DNA of 64,000 nucleotides, taken from the human T2T-CHM13v2.0 reference genome, Homo sapiens. The position numbers and the translations under genes were made by a program. The notes under the pieces are model-generated. The model saw only the letters and a list, made by a program, of their open reading frames with translations, did no database searches and was not told where the DNA came from. The stretch lies in assembly GCF_009914755.1 (NCBI RefSeq), contig NC_060933.1; one strand, 5' to 3'. Position 1 is the stretch's first letter; every line of letters starts with the position of its first letter. Positions 1-16,208 of this stretch are shown here, in pieces.

Positions 1-847
1 AAAAAAAAAAAAAAAGAAATTTCTCTATTGGAATCCATAAGCCTGAATTCAAAATGAAGCATTATAGAAGCAAATTTACTATGTCTACAAGTGTACAGCT
101 TGGATACATGATTTGGATAAATGATTACTAAATAAACATAGAAAAGTAGCTCCTTCATCCACCTCCTTTCCCTTCATCTATCCCCTTTCCTGGATTTGTA
201 ATCAAATGACCCTTCAGCCCTAAAGACTCCTGCCAAGCATGAGAGAAGAATGGAGTTAACAGTTTAATTCAATTCAACTCTATGCAATCAGCAGATAATT
301 CAATGCAAAGGAGTCATCTGTTAGCCTTGTCTCCTAGGAATCCTCCTAGCATCTCCTCACCTTGCTATTGGGAGATGAAACCAGAACTTTTTTTAACTTA
401 AACGTCAATGTCACTCTTACATTAGGATAGTTTTGTTTATGTCTCCAATTTTTGTTCATGATTAAGGGAGTTACCCTTCATTCCAGATGACATTTGATGC
501 ACTGGTTGCCTGTATGTAAAAAAAGAACTTAAAAACTCCTCCTGGGACACAATGTTATGAATAAGGGCAGCTGTTTTGATTTATGTAGCACAGTTTTTTT
601 TGCTGACTCTCCTCTGCTCAGTTTGGTCTTGAGTGTCTAGAATCTTTGTTCCGATTGAGTCTGTGCCCTCCTCCCTCAGCCCCAGACTCCTGGGCCCCGC
701 GGGCTACAGGACATTCCTGTTTTCTATCTCTGGGCCACCTTTGGTTAAGAATGTTGGCTAACAGAGAACCAATTGCATAGATCTCTCTTCTGACTTGAGA
801 TGAACATTAAGAGGTGACCCTGTGATCCTGGGTTTTTGTCTTTTCAG

Positions 848-932
848 GACACTGTTTCTGTTCATAGACCAAGCTTTTATGCAGACAGATTTCTTAAGTT
901 CATGAATTCCAGAGTTTTCAAGAAAATTCAAG
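848..932 (+). CDS. PIP5K1B: PIP5K1B internal coding exon (85 nt, phase 0 to 1), end of kinase domain
   Basis: Acceptor tttgtcttttcag|GAC, donor CAAG|gtaaga; translates [28 protein letters not shown], the conserved type I PIP5K C-lobe end as in PIP5K1B. Confidence 0.96.
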
Positions 933-1341
933 GTAAGATTCTTATGAATTTTTTTTTTTACTTTTAGCAGCTAATTTCATTATGTATCTTTGCAAGATTT
1001 TTATTGGAAGAACTAACACATTTCTCTCCCTGCAGCAGTAATCACTTAGTAATTATGGTTAAGTAACCCAGTCAGGTGTTTATTGATGCCATAATCATTA
1101 GAGTCCTGCTTAGTGGTGAAAAAATTTAGAAGGTATCTAAATGTCCAACCATATAATATATTGGTTAAATATATTATGATACAGTCAAATAATGGAATAG
1201 TATGCACCCAATAAAAATGATGTGTTAGCACATTTAGTTTGCTAAATATAGATGTATTTACCTTTTATGTAGTTATCAGTCTGTATACCTTAAATGCACA
1301 GCAGAATTCTAAGGGAATATACAAAACAGCAGTTATTCTCA

Positions 1342-2056
1342 TAGGACATTCTCTAGGATGGATCATATGTTAGGCCACAAAACAAGTCTCAGTACATTTT
1401 AAATGACTGAAATCATACAAAGTATCTTTTCTGATCACAATGGAATGAATCAATAAACAGTGAAAACTGAAAACTTCTCAAGTATTTGAAAATTAAACCA
1501 CACACTCTTAAACTAGCAATGAGTTAAAGAAGAAATTACAAGGAAATTAGAAAAACCTCAAGATGAATGAAAAGGAAAACAAACATACGAAAAATTTATG
1601 GGATGCTGTGAAGGCAGTGCTCTGAGGAAAATTTATAGCTATAAACTCTTACCTTTAAAAAAAAAAAAAAAAAAAGGAGGCCGGGCGCGGTAATCCTAGC
1701 ACTTTGGGAGGCTGAGGCGGGCAGATCACTTGAAGTCAGGCGTTCAAGACCAACTTGGCCAATATGGTGAAACCCCATCTCTACTAAAAATACAAAAATT
1801 AGCCAGACGTCGTGGTATGCACCTGTAATCCTAACTACTTAGGAGGCTGAGGCAGGAGAATCGCTTGAACCCAGGAGGCGGAGGTTGCAGTGAGCCGAGA
1901 TCATGCCACTGTACTGCAGCCTGGGCAACAGAGTGACACTGCGCCTCGAAAAAAAAAAAAAAAAAAAAATGAAAAAAGAAAAATCTCAAATCTATACCCT
2001 AACTTTAAACCTTGAATAACTAGAAACAGAAGAGCAAACTAAACCCAAAGCTAACA
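1342..2056 (+). mobile_element. L1M ORF2 (endonuclease-region) fragment, split by an Alu
   Basis: GGACATTCTCTAGGATGGATCATATGTTAGGCCACAAAACAAGTCTC...GAAGAGCAAACTAAACCCAAAGCTA is L1 ORF2-like. Confidence 0.8.
1679..1969 (+). mobile_element. AluS with a short 5' internal deletion
   Basis: GGCCGGGCGCGGT-AATCCTAGCACTTTGGG, dimeric structure, poly(A) tail. Confidence 0.93.
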
Positions 2057-2329
2057 GTGCTTATTCCAGATCAAGGGAGTATGTGGGCTCTTATTTTCCT
2101 TTATATTGATATTTATTAAATTTTCTACAATGAATATGTTGTATCTGTGGGAAGTTTTTAAGATATGTGAAAGGAGAAAATAATCCTATATATAGTTATT
2201 TTATCATTTTGCTATTCTGTGGTCCAATTTCATAAACTAAAACATGATAATTTAGCCATACACAACTGAAAAAGTAGAATGTTCATGTTTTATATTTAAA
2301 TAAGACAAATTTTCCTGGTAATATTTATT

Positions 2330-3150
2330 GGAGATTTTTTAATTAATGAAAGTCAAACACTTGCAATGTAAACATTTTGGAAAATACAAGAAGATGAAAA
2401 AAAAATGAAAATTCTTGAAATGCCACAACCCAGAGATATCCACTGCTAATACTTTGATGTACTTTCTACCAATCTTTATTTCTATACTTTATGTATTTAC
2501 GTTAAAATGATAGCATAATGGTACACAATTTTAGGTATAGTCCTCTTTTTTCACATAACATTATAACATGAATAGTTTATAATGTTATATTTTTCATATC
2601 ATTGTATATTCTACAAGGCACCATTTGAAGTTGCAACACATTAAAATTGTATGAGTGTGACGTAATCTAATTTTTTTTTTTGCCAGAATCTATTTAACCA
2701 TTCTTTCAGTATTGGGCATTTACATTGTTTCTCCTTTTTCTATTTCTTAATAGTTTATGAACATAATTTCAGATAAACGTTGTGTCCAAATTTAGGATTA
2801 TTTCTTTAGAATGGATTCCAAGAAAGGGGTACTAGGGTAATAAAATGCACGTAACTGCACGGATAGATTGTGCCACAGAAGGTTCCCACGAGGCCATGAG
2901 AGCCCGTATTCTGCCAGCCCTTAGCCAGCATTGTGGTTTTTAAATTATGCCACTCTGATAAGTAAAAAATGTTATCTGATTGTTTTATTTTGCATGTAAG
3001 TACTGGTAAGGTTCAACCCTTATTCATGTTTATTAGCCATTTGTAGCTCCTTTGAGAATTGAGCTTTGTAACATTTGACCATTTATATTGGGTGTTTGTT
3101 ATTTTTCCGAATTATTAATATCAATTCCATGTATTAAAGATATTAACCCC
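2330..3150 (-). mobile_element. Old L1ME/L1MC-type fragment
   Basis: Degenerate antisense L1 3'UTR/ORF2 motifs (CCCAGAGATATCCACTGCTAATAC; TTAGCCATTTGTAGCTCC). Confidence 0.55.
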
Positions 3151-3319
3151 TTTTTAAACCTTATTTCACTCTAAGGGAAACTTTCTTCCACATTTGACTC
3201 TCTCAGTGGTATCTTAAAATTGCTGTCAAATTGACATCACCATAAATTATTTGCCCAAGGTTTCTTTGGCCTAAAATAGACTATAAGATAGTGTTTATTG
3301 AGACTGCAAGCCTACATGA

Positions 3320-3646
<327 letters not shown>

Positions 3647-3996
3647 GTGTTTCCAATTTTTAAGAAAGATTTTTTTCACTTTTCTTAGCACTGTGCCAAG
3701 GTTGGAAAAACATGGGTTTCACTGCAGCCCCTGGTGCGTTTTGGAGGATCTAGCCCTTTAATGTTCTAGCTTTGGTGAGCCTCCCTTAGGAGACTCCCCA
3801 TCTTGGGAGGTTTTTCTTTCTTAGGGGCATATAAATTAATGGTACAATCAATGGCATCTTCAGTTTCATAAAATATGGCATGTGTCGCAGATTTTTCCGG
3901 TTTGGATAATTTTTCAGGTTTTTAATGGAACAAGTTGTTTAACTCACGGGTAATCAAATCTATTGACATTTTCTCATTTTGATTTTATTATCTATT

Positions 3997-5990
<1,994 letters not shown>

Positions 5991-6434
5991 ATGCTTACAA
6001 AGGACTTCACCATTGAATAATCAGATAAATGTTCACCCATATTTTTCTTTTACCTTTTATAGATTGTTGTTTATGTTTTCTTTTCTTTAATCTATGTTGT
6101 ATTCATTTTGGTGTATGAAGTGAGGGAGATCTAACCTTGTTTTTTCACAGGCAGTTAACTATTGTCCTAATACCACTTATTGAATAAGATATTTCACTTC
6201 AAAGCACAGTCAAGTACTTTATCACTTTTGTTTATTGCGTAGGTAGTAGTGATAATGTTTATAGTGCTGCTACAGTGGAAAATAGTCCTGCTACAGTGGG
6301 AAAGGTGATTCCTATCTACTTTTCTTGCTTTATGTTTTCTAACATTTATCATGACCTATAATGACCTATACTTTAGGTCCTATGCTATAGGTTTTACTTA
6401 CTTAATGCCTGTCCCCTTTATTTAAATGTAAGCT

Positions 6435-6735
<301 letters not shown>

Positions 6736-7059
6736 AGTAAGGTGACTGCTGTATCCCCAGCACTTAATGAAGCCATGTGGGTTTGGAGGGTGCACATATT
6801 GTAATTTTTATTTGTTGAATGGATGAATATACCATGTATACTGGGTCCGATCTTCTCCTTAAGGTCCAGGACAGATCCCTGTAGAGATTATCTCCACTAC
6901 AGGGTAATTTTAACCATTCACTCCCTCTTCTGGCTCCACACCTCATCCTTCCATCTGCTCATTCTCATATATCATAGAAACAAACCTCCTCAACGATCTG
7001 TCTCTCTTCAGTTCCTGGTGTATCTTTTTCCTCCTTCACTGTCACCCTATTGGAGATGA

Positions 7060-8452
<1,393 letters not shown>

Positions 8453-8877
8453 AATTTTTATCTAACACCACCATTTCAAAGGGTAATTAAATTATTAGAA
8501 AAGTAGACACTTGAGTTAACTTTAAGATGTTCCATCAACCATGGTTAATTTAAAGCCCTTAATGCCTAAAGGCATACTCCCCTCCCACCAAGAAAATAGT
8601 ACCTGGTCTTCAAGTTTCTTTTTTGAAGTCAGTGTTTTTTAACCTTTTTAAATCCCTTCATCCCACCCACAAGTGAGTCATGCTGCCGGTGTAATAATGT
8701 CTACAAAATCCTATAATATTTCCTGGAAATATTAGCCACCATTATGTTGAAACTTCACTGAAATTCTCCATACGAATAATTTGTCTAAAGTACTAAAGCT
8801 TAGTTTCCTGAATAGAATATAAGAGTTAAATTAATTTGTTAGAGAAAATTAACTGTTCTAAAACTTCAGAACAATAA

Positions 8878-9330
8878 TGCATTCATGAACAAACACTCGT
8901 GCACCTATTATGTATCTAGCACTACACTAAGCACTGATGATATAGAAAGCTTTTTAAATATTGATTAGTTCCTCCCTCAATAATTTAATAGTCTCTTTTG
9001 AGCCGGAGATTGAAACATGTGACAGATCTGTAATGAAACAATTGCTAATATTTCTGCATATGCTACTATGGGTACGCAGAGAGAAATAAGAGAAAAAAAG
9101 ACCAATTCTTCCAAAAGAGAGCTCACAGAGAAAAAGATATTTCAACTAAATCCTGAAAATGTAACCCAGAGTTCATTAAGAAGAGAGACAGGAAGGGCAT
9201 CTCAAGGAGAAAGAACAGCATGTGCAAAGGCCTAAGGGCAGAATGAACATGGTAGGTTCCAATATGGCAGAAGGGTGAGCTGAAAAGTGAACATGGAGGC
9301 AGTCGAGTGGCAGAATGCAAGGCTAGAAAT
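8878..9330 (-). mobile_element. L2 3' fragment
   Basis: CATTCATGAACAAACACTCGTGCACCTATTATGTATCTAGCAC is antisense L2 end. Confidence 0.6.
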
Positions 9331-9827
9331 GGACACAGGATACCTACTGCCAGCCATGGTTGAGCCAAAGACAAATCTAGGCGTTTCTGCCACACAAAAG
9401 GAAGCAACCAGCCACCCAAACCAGCTCTCAATGTTACCCAGTCAAAAGAGATCCTGAGAATTAAATTTCTGCAAAATCCAAGCTCTTATCTGCTGAGTGA
9501 GATCATTCCTTTAAGGAAGAAACTCACCACTTGAGACAAAAGTGAACTCTTTGTTGTGGTGCTATGTGGTCTTGGCAGAGGTTTGTTTTCCGGTCTTCTC
9601 TGCTCCTCATTATACGTGATGCTGATAAAGAACAAAGAGTTACTTCTTTTTCCAGTCTTTTGGCCTTCACTCCATGAAATGCCATGAGTATAGGTCTCCT
9701 GAGTATCTTTTCCTCATTACACGGCTCTCACCCTGATCGCATTTCCTTGGTACTGCCGAAAACCTTTTGATCATTGCTGTTTCTTCGTTTAGAGAAATAA
9801 CATTGACCTAAGAACTATGATGTAGAA

Positions 9828-10348
9828 AAGCAGTTCTCAAACCTTTTGGTCTCAGGGCCACATTACACCCTTAAAAATTATTGAGGACACCAAAGAGCTT
9901 TTATTTATGTGGGTGATAGCTATCTATATTTCACATATTAGAAATTAAAATTGAGAAAAATTTAAAAATATTTATTAATTCTTACCAGTTAACAAAAAAA
10001 ATTGCGTGTTAACATCAGTCAATTTTTAACATAAATAATTACAAAATATAATTATATTTTCCACAAATAATTTAGTGAGAAAAGTGGAATTGTTTTACCT
10101 TTTTGTTTGAAATCCTTAACGTCTGGCTTAATAGAAGATAAGTTGGAGTCTCACATCTGCTTCTGAATTCAATATGTGGTGACATCACAGGTCATGTAAC
10201 ATCTAGAAAACTCTACACATATGAGAGAATGAAAGTGAAAAAGGCAAATAATGTCTTATGATGATGATGAAAATAATTTTAACATCACAGATCTTCTGAA
10301 AGGGTCTCAGAGACCCCTTAGTTTCCACCCCACATCTGAGATCCTCTG
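9828..10348. mobile_element. hAT-Charlie DNA transposon (MER119-like)
   Basis: Starts CAGTTCTCAAACCTTTTGGTCTCAGGG, ends CCACATCTGAGATCCTCTG; Charlie-type termini. Confidence 0.7.
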
Positions 10349-10368
10349 ATTTAGAAGTTTTAAAATAC

Positions 10369-10670
10369 AGCTGGGCACAGTGGCTCATGCCTGTAATCCT
10401 AGCACTTTGGGAGGCCAAGGCAGGCAGATCACCTGAGGTCAGGAGTTCGAAACCAGCCTGACCAACATGGAGAAACCCCGTCTCTACTAAAAATACAAAA
10501 TTAGCCAGGCATGGTGGCGCATGCCTGTAATCCCAGCTACTCAGGAAGCTGAGGCAGGAGAATTGCTTGAACCTGGGAGGCGGAGGTTGCAGTGAGCCGA
10601 GATTGCGCCATTCTCTCCAGCCTGGGCAACAAGAGCAAAACTCCGTCTCAAAAAAAAAAAAAAGAAGAAG
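10369..10670 (+). mobile_element. AluSp-like
   Basis: CCTGACCAACATGGAGAAACCCC diagnostic; TSD AG(A/C)AGTTTTAAAATAC. Confidence 0.93.
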
Positions 10671-10738
10671 AAGCAGTTTTAAAATACTATATTGAAAGAC
10701 AGGAGTTTATTGAAGGTCTATAAAAGTTAGCAGATAGA

Positions 10739-10862
10739 GATGATAGGTTGATAGGTGTAGCAAACCACCTTGGCACATGTATACCTATGTAACAAACCTG
10801 CATGTTCAGCACATGTATCCCAGAACTTAAAGAAAAATAAAATAAAATAAAATAAAATAAAT
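10739..10862 (+). mobile_element. Extremely 5'-truncated L1PA 3' end
   Basis: GGCACATGTATACCTATGTAACAAACCTGCA...CCCAGAACTTAAA, (AAAAT)n tail, perfect TSD AAAAGTTAGCAGATAGA. Confidence 0.9.
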
Positions 10863-12440
10863 AAAAGTTAGCAGATAGAATGTTAAGGCAGAGGCCAGTG
10901 TGACAATAATGGCTTCTTCCTTGTAAAACAAGTGTAACCACTGTTTGAGAGAGTGGAGAATTAAGGTAAACATAACTTATTTTTTAAACATTCAAAAATT
11001 TCTTCCCCTCAAAGAAAAACAAATTCAAGGTTTATCTTTTTCTCCCCTCAGTTTAACCAGAAAACAGAATGCTAAAGAACTAGAAAATGAACCACCTAGA
11101 AAGCAACTTAAGAAAAGAAAGACACCTGAAATTCATGCTTGCTAGTTCTGTGACCCTGAGCAAGCCACAATCTTTCTATTCTCAGTTTCTGGACCTAAAA
11201 AAGGGCCTTCCTCTTCCTCATACATGTGGATGGTTTGAGATATGCAATGTGAATGTTGGATTCCAGACTCTAAAGCCCTCCACAAATGTTATTTATTAGG
11301 ATGATGATATTATTATGATTCTAAGACTGCTCGAGGGACAAATAAACCTTCCCTTCTCTTTAAGTGGAGAGATTGTCCTCCATTCTTCTCTCATTTGTGT
11401 GTCCCAAAGTCCTTCTCCAATTAAGTTCTTGCAAGCAGCCTCTGGGAAGGCCCCAGATGAGCTGTGTAATCTAAGCTCTGAGATTCCCAAGGCTAAACAC
11501 AATTACTCTAATACACTTACTATCAGGCTACCCCTTTATGCAAACTTCTAAAGGAAGAGAGACACTGCCAAAAACATATTCAGGGGAAAACATAAAGAGG
11601 CCTCAACTTCCCTCTCCCCCTCCCTCCAAGGAAATTCTCTAGCAATATTAAGCCAAGAAGAATTATTGCAGCAAATAGTGAATGTAAATAAGGATGGCCT
11701 TGCTGCCGCTTAAGCAGCTTCCATGGACGTGTCCTCCATGAAGTCCCAGGCTTCAGCAAGCATGATTGATGGTGAAGTACATTTTCATTAGTTCAGGTTC
11801 CCAACACACTTCTGAAGTTGTAGACTGCTGTTTAGACAAAGATTGGAAGTGAATTATACGTCTGACATAAAACCATGACCTAGAAAAGAGCTAAAGGGTA
11901 GGAAATGTCAGTGGAAAGTCACAGAAAGAAAAAAGCAACCAGAAGTAACTTGGCTAAATTGGGCAACATGAGTAGAAGATTAAACATTGGCATGTTTAGA
12001 AATTCCCAGTCCCAAGTTAATAAAACCAGGGTCGTGAGAATTCTCTATACTTTACCATCTGTGCTTATCAACTCACCCATCCTCCTCCCAGCACTAGAAA
12101 AACATTGTTTGGAGAGGGGGGAATGATTCTTTAGCAATAAAACATTTGAATTTTACCTCAAGTAAGACTTGCAAAATCTGGAGAGAAATTTTAACTTTTA
12201 ATTTGCTCTAGGAAATTCTGATTTAAGTCAAGTCATTTTGGACAAATAATATAGCCAATTCATCGTATTCATCAGATGAAACAAGTTCATCTCCCTTTCC
12301 ATATATATAAAATAAGCGTCTTGTCTTCTATTCAAATAATAACTAAAATGTTAATAAATAATAAAATATTCACTTTTAAATAAAATAGTAATGTGATTTT
12401 ACAGTAAATATCTGTATTTGTCCTTTTCCTTTCTGTCTAG

Positions 12441-12596
12441 CTTTGAAGGCTTCACCGTCTAAGAAACGGTGCAATTCAATCACCGCCCTAAAGGCCACTT
12501 CACAGGAGATTGTGTCCTCAATTAGCCAGGAATGGAAGGATGAGAAGCGGGATTTGCTGACTGAAGGACAAAGTTTTAGCAGCCTTGATGAAGAAG
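12441..12596 (+). CDS. PIP5K1B: PIP5K1B internal coding exon (156 nt, phase 1 to 1)
   Basis: Acceptor ccttttcctttctgtctag|CT, donor GAAG|gtaaag; continues frame: (A)LKASPSKKRCNSITALKATSQEIVSSISQEWKDEKRDLLTEGQSFSSLDEE. Confidence 0.96.
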
Positions 12597-12735
12597 GTAA
12601 AGATATGTAACTTTTTTAAAAAGACAAACGTTCTTGTGATTTATTTATACAAGTAAATTTGCAGAAGAAAAATTTAAAAATACCTGCTCTAAGAAATAAA
12701 ATATATTAATTAAGTTTTTAAAGGATAGCTACAGT

Positions 12736-13062
<327 letters not shown>

Positions 13063-13284
13063 TCATGCACATTTTAACTACCACATAAAAAATACAATTT
13101 ATGGTTTACGATAAAAATTAGACAATACTAATTCAAAAAGAAAAATGTCTGCTTCCACTACCTGATGGTAACAAATACTAACATTTTGTTGCTTTTACTT
13201 CTAGACCTTATTCTGTACATGTACACATACACATATGCACGAGTACACATACACACACATACACTCAATGTAACAATAAGTTGT

Positions 13285-13473
13285 CTCTTCATTTAGGTCT
13301 TCTTTAATGATTTATTTTTTGGTACCCACTGGTAATACTCAGGAGGTACTACACGTTCTTTACTTTGAAAGCTTCATAACCATGAGCAGGTACCAAGAGA
13401 AGGAAAGAAAAGAGGCAGAAAGGAAAAATATGGAACGTTTCACAAATTTGCATGTCATCCTTGCACAGGGGCC

Positions 13474-13519
<46 letters not shown>

Positions 13520-14050
13520 AAAGTGAGCGCTTTAATGAATTTCAATAAAGTTTTATAATATTTTTCTTGTGTGGCTTGTACATATACCTTTTGTTAGATT
13601 TATTTCTTGGATAAATGCAGAGATATTGATATAGATTTTTTTCTGGATTTTTAAAAACAGTATCTTTTTTAAGAATTGAGTTTTCTGGCCATTTGTTGCT
13701 ATTGCATAGACTTCACACCCTTTTTGTCTTTTTTTCTTTCTTAACTTGCTGGTTAGGACTTCTTGTACAATGATAAATAGAAGTGGTGATTGTAGACAGC
13801 CTTGCTTTGTCCTGATTTTAAAGGGAGTACTTCTAATGTTTCACTGTTGAAAAAGAAGTTTGCTGTATTTGATACCCATAATCAAGTCAAGGAAGTTCCT
13901 TTTTTTATTCCTACTTTGCTAAAAGTTTTTTTTTTTTAATTAATCAGGAAGGAGTACTGAATTTTATCAAATACTTTATCTGCCAAGTTAATCATTTGTT
14001 TTTTCCCTTCTAATCAAATATGGGAGAATGACATTTTAGATTTTTCTATT
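13285..14050 (-). mobile_element. Old L1M ORF2 fragment hosting the U6 chimera
   Basis: CATTTAGGTCTTCTTTAAT...AATAGAAGTGGTGA...CCTTGCTTTGTCCTGATTTTAAAGGG antisense ORF2 motifs. Confidence 0.7.
13424..13530 (-). pseudogene. Full-length U6 snRNA retropseudogene (RNU6 pseudogene)
   Basis: Reverse complement matches the U6 sequence end to end (ACAGAGA box, AGC triad, terminal TTTTT), 7 mismatches, 5 at CpG; flanked by L1 sequence, no PSE/TATA. Confidence 0.95.
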
Positions 14051-14463
14051 AGTATATTCTTTGGAGAATCTCAGCATTTCCTGAAAATGTCTTCTACTTT
14101 CTACAGAAGTTAAGACCTCTTCTAGGGGTTTTCTTTTCCTCAGAGTCTTTAAGATGTGGTGTTATTTCTATTCCTTCTTCAGCAGCACTTATCCATATGT
14201 GCTGTTTGGTTTCTTTCTTTCTCATCTTCCCATAAACCAACTTTTACCTGGAGTTAATGATTTCAGCAAGAGAGTTACAGAGGTGCCCTTGATCCTCTCC
14301 GAATTGGTGTCTCCAATTCCTAGCAGACATTCATCCCTTTCTCCTAAGCTCCCCTGCACTGGCATCTCCCACACTATACTACCTGATTTTCTGATAGCAC
14401 ATGCAAAACTGCAGGTGCCTGTAGTCTGGGAAATAGGATAAACTTATTTTAAAATTATATTAG

Positions 14464-16208
14464 TTTATTGATTTGCATATGTTGAACCAGCCTTGCATCC
14501 CAGGGATGAAGCCGACTTGATCATGGTGGATAAGCTTTTTGATGTGCCGCTAGATTCGGTTTGCCAGTATTTCATTGAGGATTTTGGCATCAATGTTCAT
14601 CAGAGATATTGGCCTGAAATTTTCTTTTTTTGCTGTGTCTCTGCCAGATTTTGGTATCAGGGTGATGCTGGCCTCATAAAATGAGTTAGGGAGGATTCCC
14701 CCTTTTTCTATTGTTTGGAATAGTTTCAGAAGAAATGGTATCAGCTCTTCTTTGTACCTCTGGTAGAATTCAGCTGTGAATCTGTCTGGTCCTGGACTTT
14801 TTCTGGTTGGTAGCCTATTAATTACTGCCTCAATTTCAGAACTTGTTGTTGGTTTATTCAGGGATTCGACTTCTTCCTGGTTTAGACTTGGGAGGGTCCA
14901 AAGAATTTATCCCTTCCTTCTAGATTTTCTAGTGTATTTGCACAGAAATGTTCATAGTATTCTCTGATGGTAGTTTGTATTTCTGTGGGATCAGTGGTGA
15001 TATCCCCTATATCATTTTTTATTGCATCCATTTGATTCTTCTCTCTTTTCTTCTTTATTAGTCTGGCTAGAGGTCTATCTATTTTGTTGATCTTTTCAAA
15101 AAACCAGCTCCTGGATGCATTGATTTTTTTGAAGGGTTTTTTGTGTATCTATCTCCTTCAGTTCTGCTCTGATCTTAGTTATTTCTTGTCTTCCGCTAGA
15201 TTTTGAATTTGTTTGCTGTTGCTTCTCTAGTTCTTGTAATTTTGATGTTATGGTGTCAATTTCAGGTCTTTCCTGCTTTCTCTTGTGGGCATTTAGTGCT
15301 ATAAATTTCCCTCTACACACTGCTTTACATGTGTCCCAGAGACTCTGGTACGTTGTCTTCATTCTCATGGTTTCAAAGAACATCTTTATTTCTGCCTTCA
15401 TTTTGTTATTTACCCGGTAGTCATTCAGGAGCAGGTTGTTCAGTTTCCATGTAGTTGTGCAGTTTTGAGTGAGTTTCTTAATCCTGAGTTCTAATTTGAT
15501 TGCACTGTAGTCTGAGAGACTGTTATGATTTCCGGTCTTTTGCATTTGCTGAGGAGTGTTTTACTTCCAATTATGTGATCAATTTTAGAATAAGTGCAAT
15601 GAGGTGCTGAGAAGAATGTATATTCTGTTGATTTGGGGTAGAGAGTACTGTAGCTGTCTATTAGGTCCGCTTGGTCCAGAGCTGAGTTCAAGTCCTGAAT
15701 ATCCTTGTTAATTTTCTGTCTCGTTGATCTGTCTAATATTGACAGTGGGGTGCTAAAGTCTCCTGCTATTATTGTGTGGGAGTCTAAGTCTCTTTGTAGG
15801 TCTCTCAGAACTTGCTTTATGAATCTGGGTTCTCCTGTATTGGGTGCATGTATATTTAGAATAGTTAGCTCTTCTTGCTGCATTGATCCCTTTACCACTA
15901 TGTAATGGCCTTATTTGTCTCTTTTGATCTTTGTTGGTTTAAAGTCTGTTTTATCAGAGATTAGGATTGCAACTCCTGCCATTTTTTTTTTCCATTTGCT
16001 TGGTAAATATTCCTCCATCCCTTTATTTTGAGCCTATGTGAGTCTGCACATGAGATGGGTCTCCTGAATACAGCACATTGATGGATCTTGACTCTATCCA
16101 ATTTGCCAGTCTGTCTTTTAATTGGGGCATTTAGCCCATTTATATTTAAGGTTAATATTGTTATGTGTGAATTTCATCCCGTCATTATGATGCTAGCTGG
16201 TTGTTTTG
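14464..16208 (-). mobile_element. Internal L1PA fragment (ORF1 end, ORF2 endonuclease to pre-RT region), frameshifted
   Basis: ORFs 15096-15898 translate to L1 ORF2p EN (MVKGSMQQEELTILNIHAPNTG...[10 protein letters not shown]); no 3'UTR or poly(A). Confidence 0.92.

Noticed and set aside
6262-6370. Short tandem duplications (CTGCTACAGTGG x2, ATGACCTATA x2)
   Set aside because: Ordinary slippage duplications, two copies only; not an array or CRISPR
13424-13530. U6 copy as a functional snRNA gene
   Set aside because: No PSE/TATA upstream, CpG decay and retroposition hallmarks
15096-15898. ORFs resembling an AP endonuclease
   Set aside because: Frameshifted L1 ORF2 remnants, not a host gene
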